Under the pieces are notes generated by a model. That model had not been told where the DNA came from. It did no database searches and saw only the letters and a list, made by a program, of their open reading frames with translations. From Heterodontus francisci (Eukaryota), in NCBI RefSeq assembly GCF_036365525.1, contig NC_090376.1, forward strand, positions 68,884,088 to 68,948,087: a stretch of DNA of 64,000 bases, written 5' to 3'. Below are positions 40,531-52,103 of this stretch, piece by piece. Each line of letters begins with the position of its first letter. The stretch's first letter is position 1. The position numbers were made by a program, and so were the translations under genes.

Positions 40531-42267
40531 GGCCCTCTGGCAGGGCATCAGTGACCTTAATGCTCCTACCCTTTCTGGCACCCTCCCCCCACTCAGGGTG
40601 ATTAGAGTGCCGTTGCTCCTTCACACACAAACAAATGCAGAGCGTACAATGTTTACTGGGGGAGGGTACACAGTACCTCCCTTCATGCCTGCACAACTTT
40701 CCCTCCAGTAATCCTAGACCCCCCCTCCCACTTCCCTTTAAGAATGTAGAGTTCGGACCCCTGTAATCCCATCCCCCTTCCCTCCTCCCTTCATGTATGC
40801 AGAGCTGAGACCCCTGTATATCGACTTACCTTCACTGTCGAGTACTCCTGCTTCTGATGTCCCATCTGCTTTTATGTTTGTGATCAGGATGGCACGTGAC
40901 GGTCGCTCATTCAATGTAAAATGCGTCAGTGTGGAGCAAGAGGCAGCAGGATGTATAATGTGGAGAGGTAAGTAGCGTTTTACATATGGTAATTGGGGTG
41001 CTGCTGTGAGCGGTAGTGGGGAGGGAGCCACACTGAGGTCCCCCCCCGCTGCTGTCGGTTATATGCGGTGGGCCCTTCTTGACGTCAGGGGTCGAGGCGG
41101 GTCTCTTCCAGCAGAATTTTATGGCCCCCCCCTGCCACGACCCAGTGTCAAGGGGCTGGTAAAATTCAGCCCTTTGTGTTTTCTTCTCAGACGGTATCAG
41201 CTGTTTTTGTGGATCATATTTATATTGCATGTTACATTGTTTTGGCTGTGGGGAAACTGTACTTCTGATAATCCTTTCAGTATGGGAAAGTACTGGCTTC
41301 TGTCCTGTGCAGCATTGCTGATATATGTTGAGTTGTGTAGAGTAATTACTTAACAAAAAAGCAGCAAAGCTTTGTGTTCATTAATATGAGGGATATTCAT
41401 ACTGGGGTTGAACCTTTTCCTGTTTCAGACACCCAATGCCAAGTCAGATAAAGCACAGCCAGCTGCAGAATAAAGTTCACAACTCCCAACAATACACCTT
41501 AACTTCAGCTTTATAAGAGCATCTGCCACTGAAATAAATGTATCAGTTCATTTTTCACACAATTGCCATTGAGATTTATATTTTATTGGATTTTCAAGAG
41601 TTATTTATATTAATTAGATATTTACAATATGTAGAGGGAATTATAGATATGCCAGTAATAGTTATGAGTACTGATGTGGGAATATATGAGGATTGGAGAA
41701 TGTAAGATGTAAATAAATGCAGGATGCTGAAAATGTTTTGTGTGCACAAAATATAGAGAAGTAGATATTTTGGAGAAAAAAATTACATTCATCAAAGAGA
41801 AGTTATACATAGGAAACATAAGTTAAGATTATCAATACATCAATGATGAATAAACATTGTAAAGATCATGTGATAATATGTAAGAGTAATAATCGACACA
41901 TCATAACAACTGAATGACTGCTTTGGTCGAAAGCAGTTTAATTATTTCCTTTAGTTACAAAATGTTTCAAATAATTATCTATATTATCAAAACTCAAGTT
42001 TATGAACAAGTAAGGACTTCCAGAGTATAATTGCTTATATGACAAAAAGCTGCAATGTCAGAATCCTGGTCAACATAAAACTCACTGCAGTGAAAATGAG
42101 CGTTGGTATCTATATTGCTAACTAAAGTTGAAATCACTTTGGATTTCATCTAGTTGTTGGAAGTCATTTTTTTTTTTTTTAAAAGAATTATGCTACAGCC
42201 TTCATTTTATTTCTGCACACTTTCTAAACTGAGCCTGCAAGAGTATTATTTTGATTTCAGATTTGGG

Positions 42268-42419
42268 AGGCTGGATTTTCCATGGGTTCATGATCTCTTC
42301 CAGAAGTGTAGAGCTGGACCTTTAGCTGTCCAAAGTCACAAGTGTTGACTTTACTGCAGTTTCTGGGACCAGCTTGATTTGCATAATTCAGGCAATTCCA
42401 GGTAGTGAAAAGTCCAGTC
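42268..42419. mobile_element. Short Harbinger-type MITE
   Basis: Imperfect inverted ends GGCTGGATTTTC and GAAAAGTCCAGTC. Confidence 0.45.
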
Positions 42420-42724
42420 ATTGAGATCTCACCCATGCAGCAGCTTAAATGAGCCACAGCAAACATCATTTTGTTTGAACCAAAGCAATTTCCTTCTCTC
42501 AAGAGTATGAGAGAGGACTGCTGCAGGTCACGGACACCCCTGTTTTTTGGATGCCAAGGTTGAGTCCTATTTCAGGAGGAAAGCTCTGAAAAATGGTGTA
42601 GCCCAAGGGGAGCTTCAGTGGACAAGGAGAAGGAGGTAGCCAGTTAGTGTGATTTCCAACATTATACATGCAGGCAGTGCTGCAACAAGTTTAATGACCT
42701 TACCCATTAAGGCGTATTTGCTAC

Positions 42725-43702
42725 TGTTACGACTGAGGTGGGAGGAGAGCAGTGTCTTTTCTAGTTCCACTTCTCCACAGGTCACAACATATATTTAAAT
42801 GTTTACCGATTTACTGATATGGTCAATCATAGAATCTACTCTTTAGCCCAGAATAAAATATACCAGATTTATTTAACAAACAAAATTATCAGTTTATTAT
42901 AAAACAAGGCATAACCAGTAATGAAGCAAAGCATGAACACAGATTGAAATATAAAAGTTCTTTACCTTAGCCCCTCACACACATACACCCACCCACTAGT
43001 TAACCAGAAAAGAGATCTTTTTAGAGCTGTTACAAAAAAAAAAAGACCCCAACAAAAAGAATACTTTGGCTAAATACTTGCTAATTCTTGAGGAAAAAAA
43101 AAAGATATGGAAAGATGTCAGTTATCTTTTTTGGTTTGGCATCCCAAATATGCATAGACAGCTGTCACTGGGATCTTTCTCTGGAGCAATTCATTCAGGC
43201 AGCATCAAGGATTTATCTGGAAGGTTTTTCCAGTGATTCAGGAGAAATGCGGCAGCAGGGGTTTCAAGTAGGCCTTTCAGGAGAAATGTAGCAGTTTTTC
43301 TATTTCTTACACTTGCTTCTAAGAGCTTCTCAAAGAGATGGAAAAGGCTGAGCTGGGGTGACTGCTCTCTTGGCTGGTTTTTAACACTCCCAAACACTGT
43401 CCATACCCCAACTCCCTGTCCAAAGCAAAACCAAATAATATCTCAAGAGTCAATCCTCATGACCTCTATAAATCTTGACCTGTCACTTCTCTGTAAACAT
43501 TTCCCTGCAAGTCAAAAAACTTCTGCTGGGTAATTAGCCAAAGACAGGTGACTTCCAGTAAGGGCTGTTTACAAATCAAATCCAAAAGACCTTACGTTGA
43601 CCTCTTTAAAAAAAAAAGTCCAGCATCTATGGAATCCTTTTTTTCCAGTTTTAAAACACAAGTCCTCAAAATTTAACAAAAAATGGAAGTACTTTCAGAA
43701 CA
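42725..43702 (-). mobile_element. Gypsy-type solo LTR
   Basis: TGTTACGA...AGAACA ends with CTAC/CCAC flanks (4-bp TSD, one mismatch). Homologous to 14359-15556. Confidence 0.78.
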
Positions 43703-43944
43703 CCACTTAGAGTTTATGTTTCCCTCAGTGTTAAGGTGCTTGAATAACTTACAGTTAATGAAAACAAGTGAGTGCAGTATCCTTTCTACCCCAAGGCTTC
43801 ATCTGGAAGTATTCCTTTACTCAACCATGCATGCATTCATCCCATAAAAAGCCTCAGAAACAAATTCCTTTTTGAGTCACCTGTTAGAGCAATCATTATG
43901 GATCACCACTTAGCAGATTCTTTTTATTCTCATTCATCTTCTTT

Positions 43945-44103
43945 CATGGGAAAGAGAAGAGAGGGGAGAAAGAGGAGAGGAGAGGAAAAAATGACAGGGA
44001 GGAGAGGGAAAGGAGATGAGAAGAGGCTGGGACAGGAGAAAAGCAGAAAAGAAAAGAGAACAGGAGACAGAGGTGATGGATAGGAGGGAGGTGGTGGAGG
44101 AAA
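43945..44103 (+). repeat. Purine-rich (GA) low-complexity tract
   Basis: About 160 nt of mostly A/G. Confidence 0.85.
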
Positions 44104-44224
44104 GCTATATAGTGTTCATTCATGTATCTTATGTAAAACAAACCAGTGGTAAATTTGAAGCTATGTCTGTTTCAATAGAATGGATTTCGGTCTGCCTTCC
44201 ATTAAGAGAGGAGAATGCACTTTG

Positions 44225-44670
44225 TGGCACTTTAGGTGTTAGCCTTAGCTCAATGGTAGCACTCTTCCCTCCTAATCAGAAGGCTGTGAAGTCAAGACCC
44301 CCTCCAGAGACTTCATTGCATGATTGAGGCTAACACTTCAGTTCAGTACTAATGGAGTGCTGCGTTGTCAGAGGTGCAATCTTTTGGGTAAAATGTTAAA
44401 TTGAGGCTTCAGCTACCCTCTCGGGTCTATGCAGAAGATCCTATGACATAATTTGAAGAGCAGAGTTATCCTCGTCTCCTGGCTAACAGTTATCCTCAAA
44501 TTAATATCTAAAAATAGATTCTGATAATTTATCTTATTTCTGTTTGGGACCATACTGTGCGCAATTTTGGCTGCCACATTGCTACATTATATCAGTGACT
44601 ACACTTCAAAGTATTTAATTTGCTTTGAAGTGGTTTAGGATGTCCTGGTGGCATCAAATATTCTAAATGA
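44225..44670 (+). mobile_element. Deu-domain SINE with tRNA-like head
   Basis: A-box-like TAGCTCAATGG, then GAGTGCTGCGTTGTCAGAGGTGC and GTGACTACACTTCAAAGTA. Homologous to 6190-6590. Confidence 0.75.
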
Positions 44671-46209
44671 GGGCATTTTACAACTCTCCTTTTAAAAACT
44701 TTCAAAATACAAGTTCAATTTCTATTTAATATCTGTTTACTATTGACTATTTATAATCCTTTTATTTTTTAAAAATGTGCCATTTATTCCCAATACCTAA
44801 ATATCAGAATACAGTATTCTCCATTACACAATACAACCTTCCTTTATTTATCAAACATCATATCTTCAAACTAGTAAAACATAAAAAGATTACCAGACGA
44901 GGAAAGTGCTGAAGTTATTTCCACCATCAACTTGATACAGAATGTATGCAGGTCTCACATTACCATTATTATCTTTCACAAACATTGCTGCTTAATGTGC
45001 CCACCATACAACTATGTGAAACTGGAATATGTATTTTATTTAAAATATAGAAAAATATATCTAACAATGTGCTTAAGTCAGTAATTCAATCTTGCCATTC
45101 TACTTGTGTTGGTGAACTATGATTGCAACTCAAGACTTCTGTAACTGGTTGAATTGCTGTGCCATTTCTTATTGCTAACAATGTATCCAATGCATGAATT
45201 TTTAATAAGGGATACCAATGGTAAATTGTAACTCAAACAAACAAAGGTAGAGTTTGTAAATAGTAACAATGTAATAAAACATTAAATCAATGTTATAGTA
45301 AAATGAAAGCAGATATCTATTCTAAATTGAGCAGGGTTGAACAGAGAACCAGGTACACATGAAAAAATCAGGAGATATTTTTGATCAACTACTGAGGTAC
45401 ATATGATAATAGTATATAAAGAAGGAAAATATGTAGATGTGAAGAAACATAAGTGTGAACATTATCACCCTTGACCCAACCAAACTATGTGAAATAAATA
45501 ATATTCAGATGGAATCAAACACCATTGCAGGATGAGAAGATGAAACATAAGGTAAAGACAGCTTTGAGTCTGAAAAATAGAGCTGAACCAGTCATGTTTC
45601 AAAAAAAATATTGTTTGAGCAGATACACTGTACCACATGAATGATGATTTGCTTTGATTAATATATTTTATCCACTGGACAAATGGAGAGAGGGTCACTT
45701 GCCTGAATGCTACCTATGCCCTGTGTAATTACAGATACTAAAACATATTTCTTTACAATCTTGTGTATACACAATAGATTGCCATGTGGTCAGCTGTACT
45801 GAATTTGTAGTAGTGAGACAGGAATTGCAGATGCCAATGGTCTGCAGAGTTGAATCCACCAGAATATCTTGGGTCAGCACATTTATATATCCACTGAAGC
45901 ATCTCCAGTACAAATCCTGTGTAAAATGGGAGTACCATGCAATGGGTGCTTGGAAATTAGAGTGTAACCTTTCAAAAGCCATCTGCCTGAAGGTTGCAAT
46001 AAATTCCAGAAAGCTTGTTGTGGAAGGATAATGGAGTCTATTTTTAGTCCGTTTCACATTTATTGTACAGAGTAAAAGGATTACAAACCTCCAGTCTCAG
46101 TAAGTGTTTGCTTACAAGTGCTCAAGTAAGACCCCAATTAACACCCTCTAATTAAACAATTGACACAATTAACAGATTCATTTCTTACCTTTATAATAAA
46201 ACCTAGATT

Positions 46210-46312
46210 AACATGCTCAAATCATTTCAAAATAAATTGCATATTTATGTACAAAGTACTAACATGCTCAAATAACATTTCAAAATAAATTCCATATTAG
46301 GTACAAAGTATT
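46210..46312 (+). repeat. Two-copy ~52-bp tandem repeat in the Copia 3' untranslated region
   Basis: AACATGCTCAAAT..CATTTCAAAATAAATT.CATATT...GTACAAAGTA occurs twice. Confidence 0.8.
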
Positions 46313-46510
46313 ACAATGCAAGACACCCTTCCTCTAACACCCTAACAATTTCTTTGTACTTGCATTTCTTTTTATGAAATGATCAGATAGCTGATGACTT
46401 GCATCTACCCATTTAAGTTTGGAGATTTCATTTCTCTCCAGCATTTGTTTCAATCCAGCAAGGTCAATATGTAGTCTTTTCTCACTCTCTTTTTGTAGAG
46501 TGTACATTGT

Positions 46511-46959
46511 ACATTGGCTTGGCCATGTGAGCCGCATGGAAGATGGCAGGATCCCCAAAGACACATTGTACAGCGAGCTCGCCACTGGTATCAGACCCAC
46601 CGGCCGTCCATGTCTCCGTTATAAAGACGTCTGCAAACGCGACATGAAATCGTGTGACATTGATCACAAGTCGTGGGAGTCAGTTGCCAGCATTCGCCAG
46701 AGCTGGCGGGCAGCCATAAAGACAGGGCTAAATTGTGGCGAGTCGAAGAGACTTAGTAGTTGGCAGGAAAAAAGACAGAGGCGCAAGGGGAGAGCCAACT
46801 GTGCAACAGCCCCAACAAACAAATTTCTCTGCAGCACCTGTGGAAGAGCCTGTCACTCCAGAATTGGCCTTTATAGCCACTCCAGGCGCTGCTTCACAAA
46901 CCACTGACCACCTCCAGGCGCGTATCCATTGTCTCTCGAGATAAGGAGGCCCAAAAGAA
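46511..46959 (+). mobile_element. Short RTE 3' element (~445 bp) inserted in the Copia RNase H
   Basis: TSD ACATTGT at 46504-46510 and 46960-46966. Removing the insert restores SLWNNV-HSTK. Confidence 0.92.
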
Positions 46960-49900
46960 ACATTGTTCCACAAAGAACAATTATCGATATAACATTTAAT
47001 GGGTATCCCATCTTCAGTATGTCCCTTGTTCAGAATTTCACCCAAAATATTTGACAAGAACTCCACATCCACTGCCTCCACAAGACCCATTGTTTCCACT
47101 GCTAAAGTGCTTTTAATGACCTGTTTTATTTCCTTAGCTTCCCAAGCTAAAAAAGGACAACATTTCCCATTTTCACCCAGAATTATGAAACCAGCTGCAC
47201 TTGAATACCCATCAGAAAGATTAGCATGTGAAGCATTATTAAAAATGATTAGCTTCATGTTCTTGTTCTTTGGGTCACCCAAGGATGGGAACTTCAGTAC
47301 ACATTCTCTAGATTTAAATTTATTAATGTTTTATTTGCCCTTAAAACATTCAACTTTCAAATGTTTCATCATTGTGCTTAACTCCAGCACATCAAAATTG
47401 GCATCCAGTCTAGTCTGAGAGCACAGCCAGTTTAACTGATCAACCAAGCTCTGCCTTTTCTTTAGATATATAATTATCTTTCTGTGATGACCTAGAATGA
47501 TTGACATTCTCCAAATAGGATTGTTGATTTAAAGTTATTCCAAACTTAGTCTGCCTAATATCTAAAGCAATATATTTAAAGGCCCCAAAAGCCTTACTCC
47601 CAATCTTAAATTCTGCCCTAATCTTATAACATATGGCTTAATATAGAATAACTTAAAATCTGCAGTACCACCCCAAAAGAAATCATCAACGTGCAACATG
47701 AAGATGCCTGAAGGTTTCCCTTTATGATACCAATAAAACATCGCAGGAACTGCTTTTAGTTGAACACAGCCAATTTTCAACAAAACAGATCTCACGGAGA
47801 AATATCTCACGCTGGAAACATCATTAAGGCCATAGACACATTTGTTCAGTTTTCATAGTTTTCCTTCTGCATCTGCTGCTCTTTGGGTGCTTTCAGAAAC
47901 ACTTCTCTGAAAAGTATCACCCTGCAGAAATGCAGCTTTTAGGTCAATGGATCTACACTGCCTTGAATATGTGGCCAAAAGAGCTAAAAAGATTTTCAAG
48001 ATTACTTTTCCAGCTGTGGGAGAGTCCAATCCAATATCAGTATCAACCAGTTGCTCTTCAAAACCCCTTGCAGCTGGCCTCACCTTAGCTTTATAAATTC
48101 CATCAGGAAGGACTTTTTCAGTCCAACTCCATCTATGTGATAAGACTGGCTTGTCCCCTATTTGGTACCTCAGTAAACTCCAAATGCTCTCCAACTCTCT
48201 AATTCCTTATGTTTCGCTTCTCTTCTTGGTTTATCCTCAAGTTTATTGGCAGCCACTAAAACTTCAGTCATGAGGTCTCTTCTGCTTCTAATTCTATTTT
48301 GAGACTGCTCTCTAGCCTTCGTTTCATTGTGGAATCTGTTCAAAATATGGCCTCTATTAGCACTTTGATGTCTTTCAGGAGTACTTTTAGAAGATCTCCC
48401 TTGCGCACTAATCAGAATCTCTTTCTCCAGTATGTGATGCTTCCTGATGCAAGAGTCACTTCCAGACCCACTATTAGAACTTTCATTGTGCTTTCTTACT
48501 CTCCACTCTTGCATCCCTTTCTGCCAGTCCACGGACCTTGCTTCTTGGTCATCATTTTGAACATTCAACCAATATTTAAACTTGCCAGTAGATTTTCCTG
48601 CACGTCACACAATAGTTGCATTTCTCCATCTATTAGACCCCTCTGGAATATATGCCACCTGAGTACCTACTCGGGGCAAGTGGCCTTTGGATGTGATAGA
48701 TCTTTCCTGAGCATCATGATCATTACTATCCAACCCTTGATCTACCGTATTCTGTTCCTCAGGATCTTCATCACAAAACACATGAACATTTGAGGTGCAA
48801 GGTGCCTTGTTTACCTCTATCAGCTGCTCGGATTCTGAGATTTTATAATCAACCTCGATTCATCGTGAAAAATGAACCTGAACAGTTTGATTTCCTTGCT
48901 TGATAACTACAGTCTTACCATCATGACCTATTACCTTACCAGGGCCCTTCCATTCCCTATCGCCCTCTCTTTTATAGTACACCAAATCTCCTGAATTAAA
49001 TTCCACCTCAGATGGCCTTATATGATGCCTCAGAACTCTGCCAATTTTCTCAAACCTCAGCCTTGATGAAAGCCCGTCTCCCTGCATGTAAAACATTCAA
49101 ATGTGCAGAAAAAAATTGAACTCATTGTATACCTTCTAGATCAGGAAGACAGTCACACAATTTGGGATTCCGCCCATAGACCAATTGATAGGGACTATAT
49201 CCTCTAACCATCTGAAGTAAATTCTTTGCATGAACTTCACATGCCAGGGCAGTTGCCAACTTGCAGTTTGGTTGGTCAGCTAAGGTTTTATGCGGCGTTT
49301 CATCAATCAGGGCTTGATTCCTTTCAGAGCCCATTGCTGAAAGGACTTTCAGCTGCAGGGTTCATAACCATAATGTTCATCTTTTCATACATGTCTCTGA
49401 ATCGTCCTTGGAAAATTCCCCTCCATTATCAGTCAGAAACTTAGCTGGTTCCCCAAGTCCAGTCCCTAGCCATTTCTCCATAATTTTATCTATAATCACC
49501 CTTTTGTCCTTGCTAATTATTGTAGAAAGATTAAATCTGGTTGCTAGATCTATAAAATGCAGAACGAATATATTAGTGCCTTTGTTCCATACCTTTAAAT
49601 CCATGGAATCTAACTCGTCAAAGTCACATGCCAATGGCAGGCTTATAATAGGACATGGTGTCCTGTGATAGTTTTTACAGATTTCACACTTTTCACTAAT
49701 GTCTTCTATTATCCTCATATACTCCATCAATCACACCTGCATCCTTTAGCAGGGTTTTTAATCTCTGACAAGGTGAGCAAATTGTCTGTGTAACTTTAAG
49801 ACAAGTTGCTTTTTATGATTATCACCTGATGGCATTACTGCTCCAACACTCTACCTAGAAACATTAGGTTTTGTTAAGGGGACACAATAATGGCCTGAAT

Positions 49901-51292
49901 GGGTAAACTGCAAATTCACTGACTTTCCAAAAACAATTGCCTAATTATGCTCCATATCAAGTTCTATTTGTGCCTTTTTCATTGAACAGTAAAAAGGTAT
50001 CTCACCAGAGACTACATCAGTACTTCTAAAATGGCTTACTGCAACTATTTTACATGGAATTACAACTCTCTACAGGTGACTTCAATGTGTTGTCATCACC
50101 AAACCTAAAGCAAGGAGTACTTTTACAATCCTTTAGCCTGCATCAATCCTCACATCTGTGAATCCAGAGAACATTGTAACCAATCAGCTCCAGAGGTCAA
50201 CCTGCAAGCAATATCAAATACAACACAGTTGAATTAATCCACAACCAACCCATTCATCATAGGACTAAAACTCCTTGTGACTAGTACAGTTCGTTCAGAT
50301 TCATCATCTTCCTCTTCTACCTCAGAAATCTCAGTCATGTGTTATTTTGAGGACTGCCTCTACACTTTGGGCAGTTCATTGCATAATGAAACTTTGAGTC
50401 ACACCTGAAGAACCTATTAACTGTTCCTTGGGCATTCCTGGAATTCATTTGCCTGTGATTGCTGTTCCAATTCTATCTTCCGTTGTAATAGACCTGCTAA
50501 AGGTGCTTTCATCCTCATTCCTCCAGTCTTTAACTCTTCTATTGTTCTTGTGCCTGCATCCAGTATCTGGACAATTTCAAAATCCAATAAACATGGAGTC
50601 CTTCATTCTTTATGTTACTGCAGAATGCCCAGTTTGTTCTACCAGGGCTGCAGGAAATGATTGTTTCCCCAGGAATTTCTTTAAGGCAGCAGACATCTAA
50701 TCCAAGAGGGAGTCTTTTTCCAAGAACCAAACCCCAGTTAGAACCAGGAGCCCTTCCATATGCAACACGATCACAATCCAGCAATTTAAATGCTAGCACT
50801 GAACTAGGAATTTCCAAATTGAATTTCCTCAATTTTGTATATAGTCTGTTAAGGTCCATGATATATTCCTCCATTGAATATATATCTGTTTTCCAAAGTC
50901 CATCAAAGTCCAACCATGCCTCATGCACATTCAATACATTATATTTCTTGTAAATTTCAATCCAAGAATTCTAACAGAAGATCCAACCCTTCATCAGTAT
51001 CCAACTGATGAGCACCCAGTTCACAAAACACTTTACTTCTGATTTTACTTTTGGTAGGAAGTGACAACGCCAAGGCCATATCTTGTTTCCTCTTTGGCAG
51101 GGATGCAACCAATGTCCACATAGCCACTTAATTCTTCCACAGTCATATGGTTCAGACTCAGAACATCAGAAGGTAATCATACCCTGATAATTTAGACTTA
51201 CTTTCTGCCATATTTTCCACAATAGCCAGTGAGATTTTAGTATTCTATGTAAAAAAAAATAAACTCCTAGCTTCCAACCTTTAGCTTTATGG

Positions 51293-51310
51293 AACCATCC
51301 TCTGCTACCA
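51293..51310 (-). promoter_or_regulatory. Primer-binding site complementary to the tRNA-iMet 3' end
   Basis: TGGTAGCAGAGGATGGTT directly after the 5' LTR. It is the complement of the initiator tRNA 3' end AACCATCCTCTGCTACCA. Confidence 0.9.
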
Positions 51311-51885
51311 TGTTAAATTCCACAAAGCTTGTTGTGGAAGAATGATGCTGGAGCCTATCTTTATTCAGTTTCACATTTATTATAAAGAGTAAAAGGAATA
51401 CAAACATATTGCTCCTCACTCAAAATACCTCCACCAGTCTCAGTAAATGTCTGCTTATAAGTGCTTCAGTAAGACCCCAATTAACACCCTCCACCTGCAT
51501 ATAATTAAACAATTCACACACGATTAACAGATTAACAAGCAGGCTGGTGGAGCAGTGGGAAAATAGCAAAATATTTAGATCAGCTGGTTCACTTTCAAAT
51601 GCTGCACTGGAGAGATCATCTGTGTTTTATATCACTTTGCAACTGTTTCTACCACTGGAGATTCTGGCACAGACAGCCGTAACAGGGATATGGGCATGTC
51701 AAGTCATGTCAGACAAATGAAGAACACATGCCTATATTGCATCCTGGCTGATAATGCTTTTCCTCATGTCGCCTGTGGTTCTGCTGCCAATCACCTTAAA
51801 TAGTCATCCTCTGGTTCTTGACCCTTCCACTAATGGGAACAGTTTTTCTCTATCTACTCTGTCTATATCCTACATGATTATGAAC

Positions 51886-52103
51886 ATAACAAAAACAAGA
51901 AATGCTGGAACCACTCAGCAGGTCTGGCAGCATCTGTGGAAAGAGAAGCAGAGTTAACGTTTTGGGTCAGTGACCCTTCTTCGGAACTGACAAATATTAA
52001 AAATGTCACAGGTTATAAGCAAGTGAGGTGGGGGTGGGGCAAGAGATAACAAAGGAGAAGGTGCAGATTGGACAAGGCCACATAGCTGACCAAAAGGTCA
52101 CGG
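51886..52103 (-). mobile_element. Penelope-type terminal repeat fragment with degenerate hammerhead motif
   Basis: AAATGCTGGAA..CTCAGCAGGTCTGGCAGCATCTGTGGA repeat and a hammerhead-like core at 51952-51988. Confidence 0.55.

Larger units (their letters stand above)
38272..41172. mobile_element. PIF/Harbinger DNA transposon (decayed, two-gene type)
   Basis: 13-bp perfect TIRs (GGGCTGAATTTTA). Contains a plus-strand Myb/SANT-like remnant and a convergent minus-strand HARBI1-like transposase remnant. Confidence 0.88.
45999..51537 (-). mobile_element. Ty1/Copia LTR retrotransposon, GalEa-like, full-length but decayed
   Basis: LTRs at about 45999-46180 and 51311-51537 (TGTTAA...TTAACA). Minus-strand order is gag, protease, integrase (CEIC, FIDLATRF, LTDNGGEF), RT (KVRPAARGFEE, IDLKAAFLQG, LHVDDF), RNase H (ASHANL, STLAVET, KRLHID..QLSD). 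Confidence 0.9.

Noticed and set aside
43772-44327. Arg/Glu/Lys-rich ORFs
   Set aside because: Translation of a purine-rich low-complexity tract.
46419-47282. 162-aa and 184-aa ORFs as host genes
   Set aside because: Both are junction products of Copia RNase H and the inserted RTE fragment.
51293-51310. tRNA-iMet gene
   Set aside because: Only the 3' 18 nt including CCA match, directly next to an LTR, so it is a PBS.
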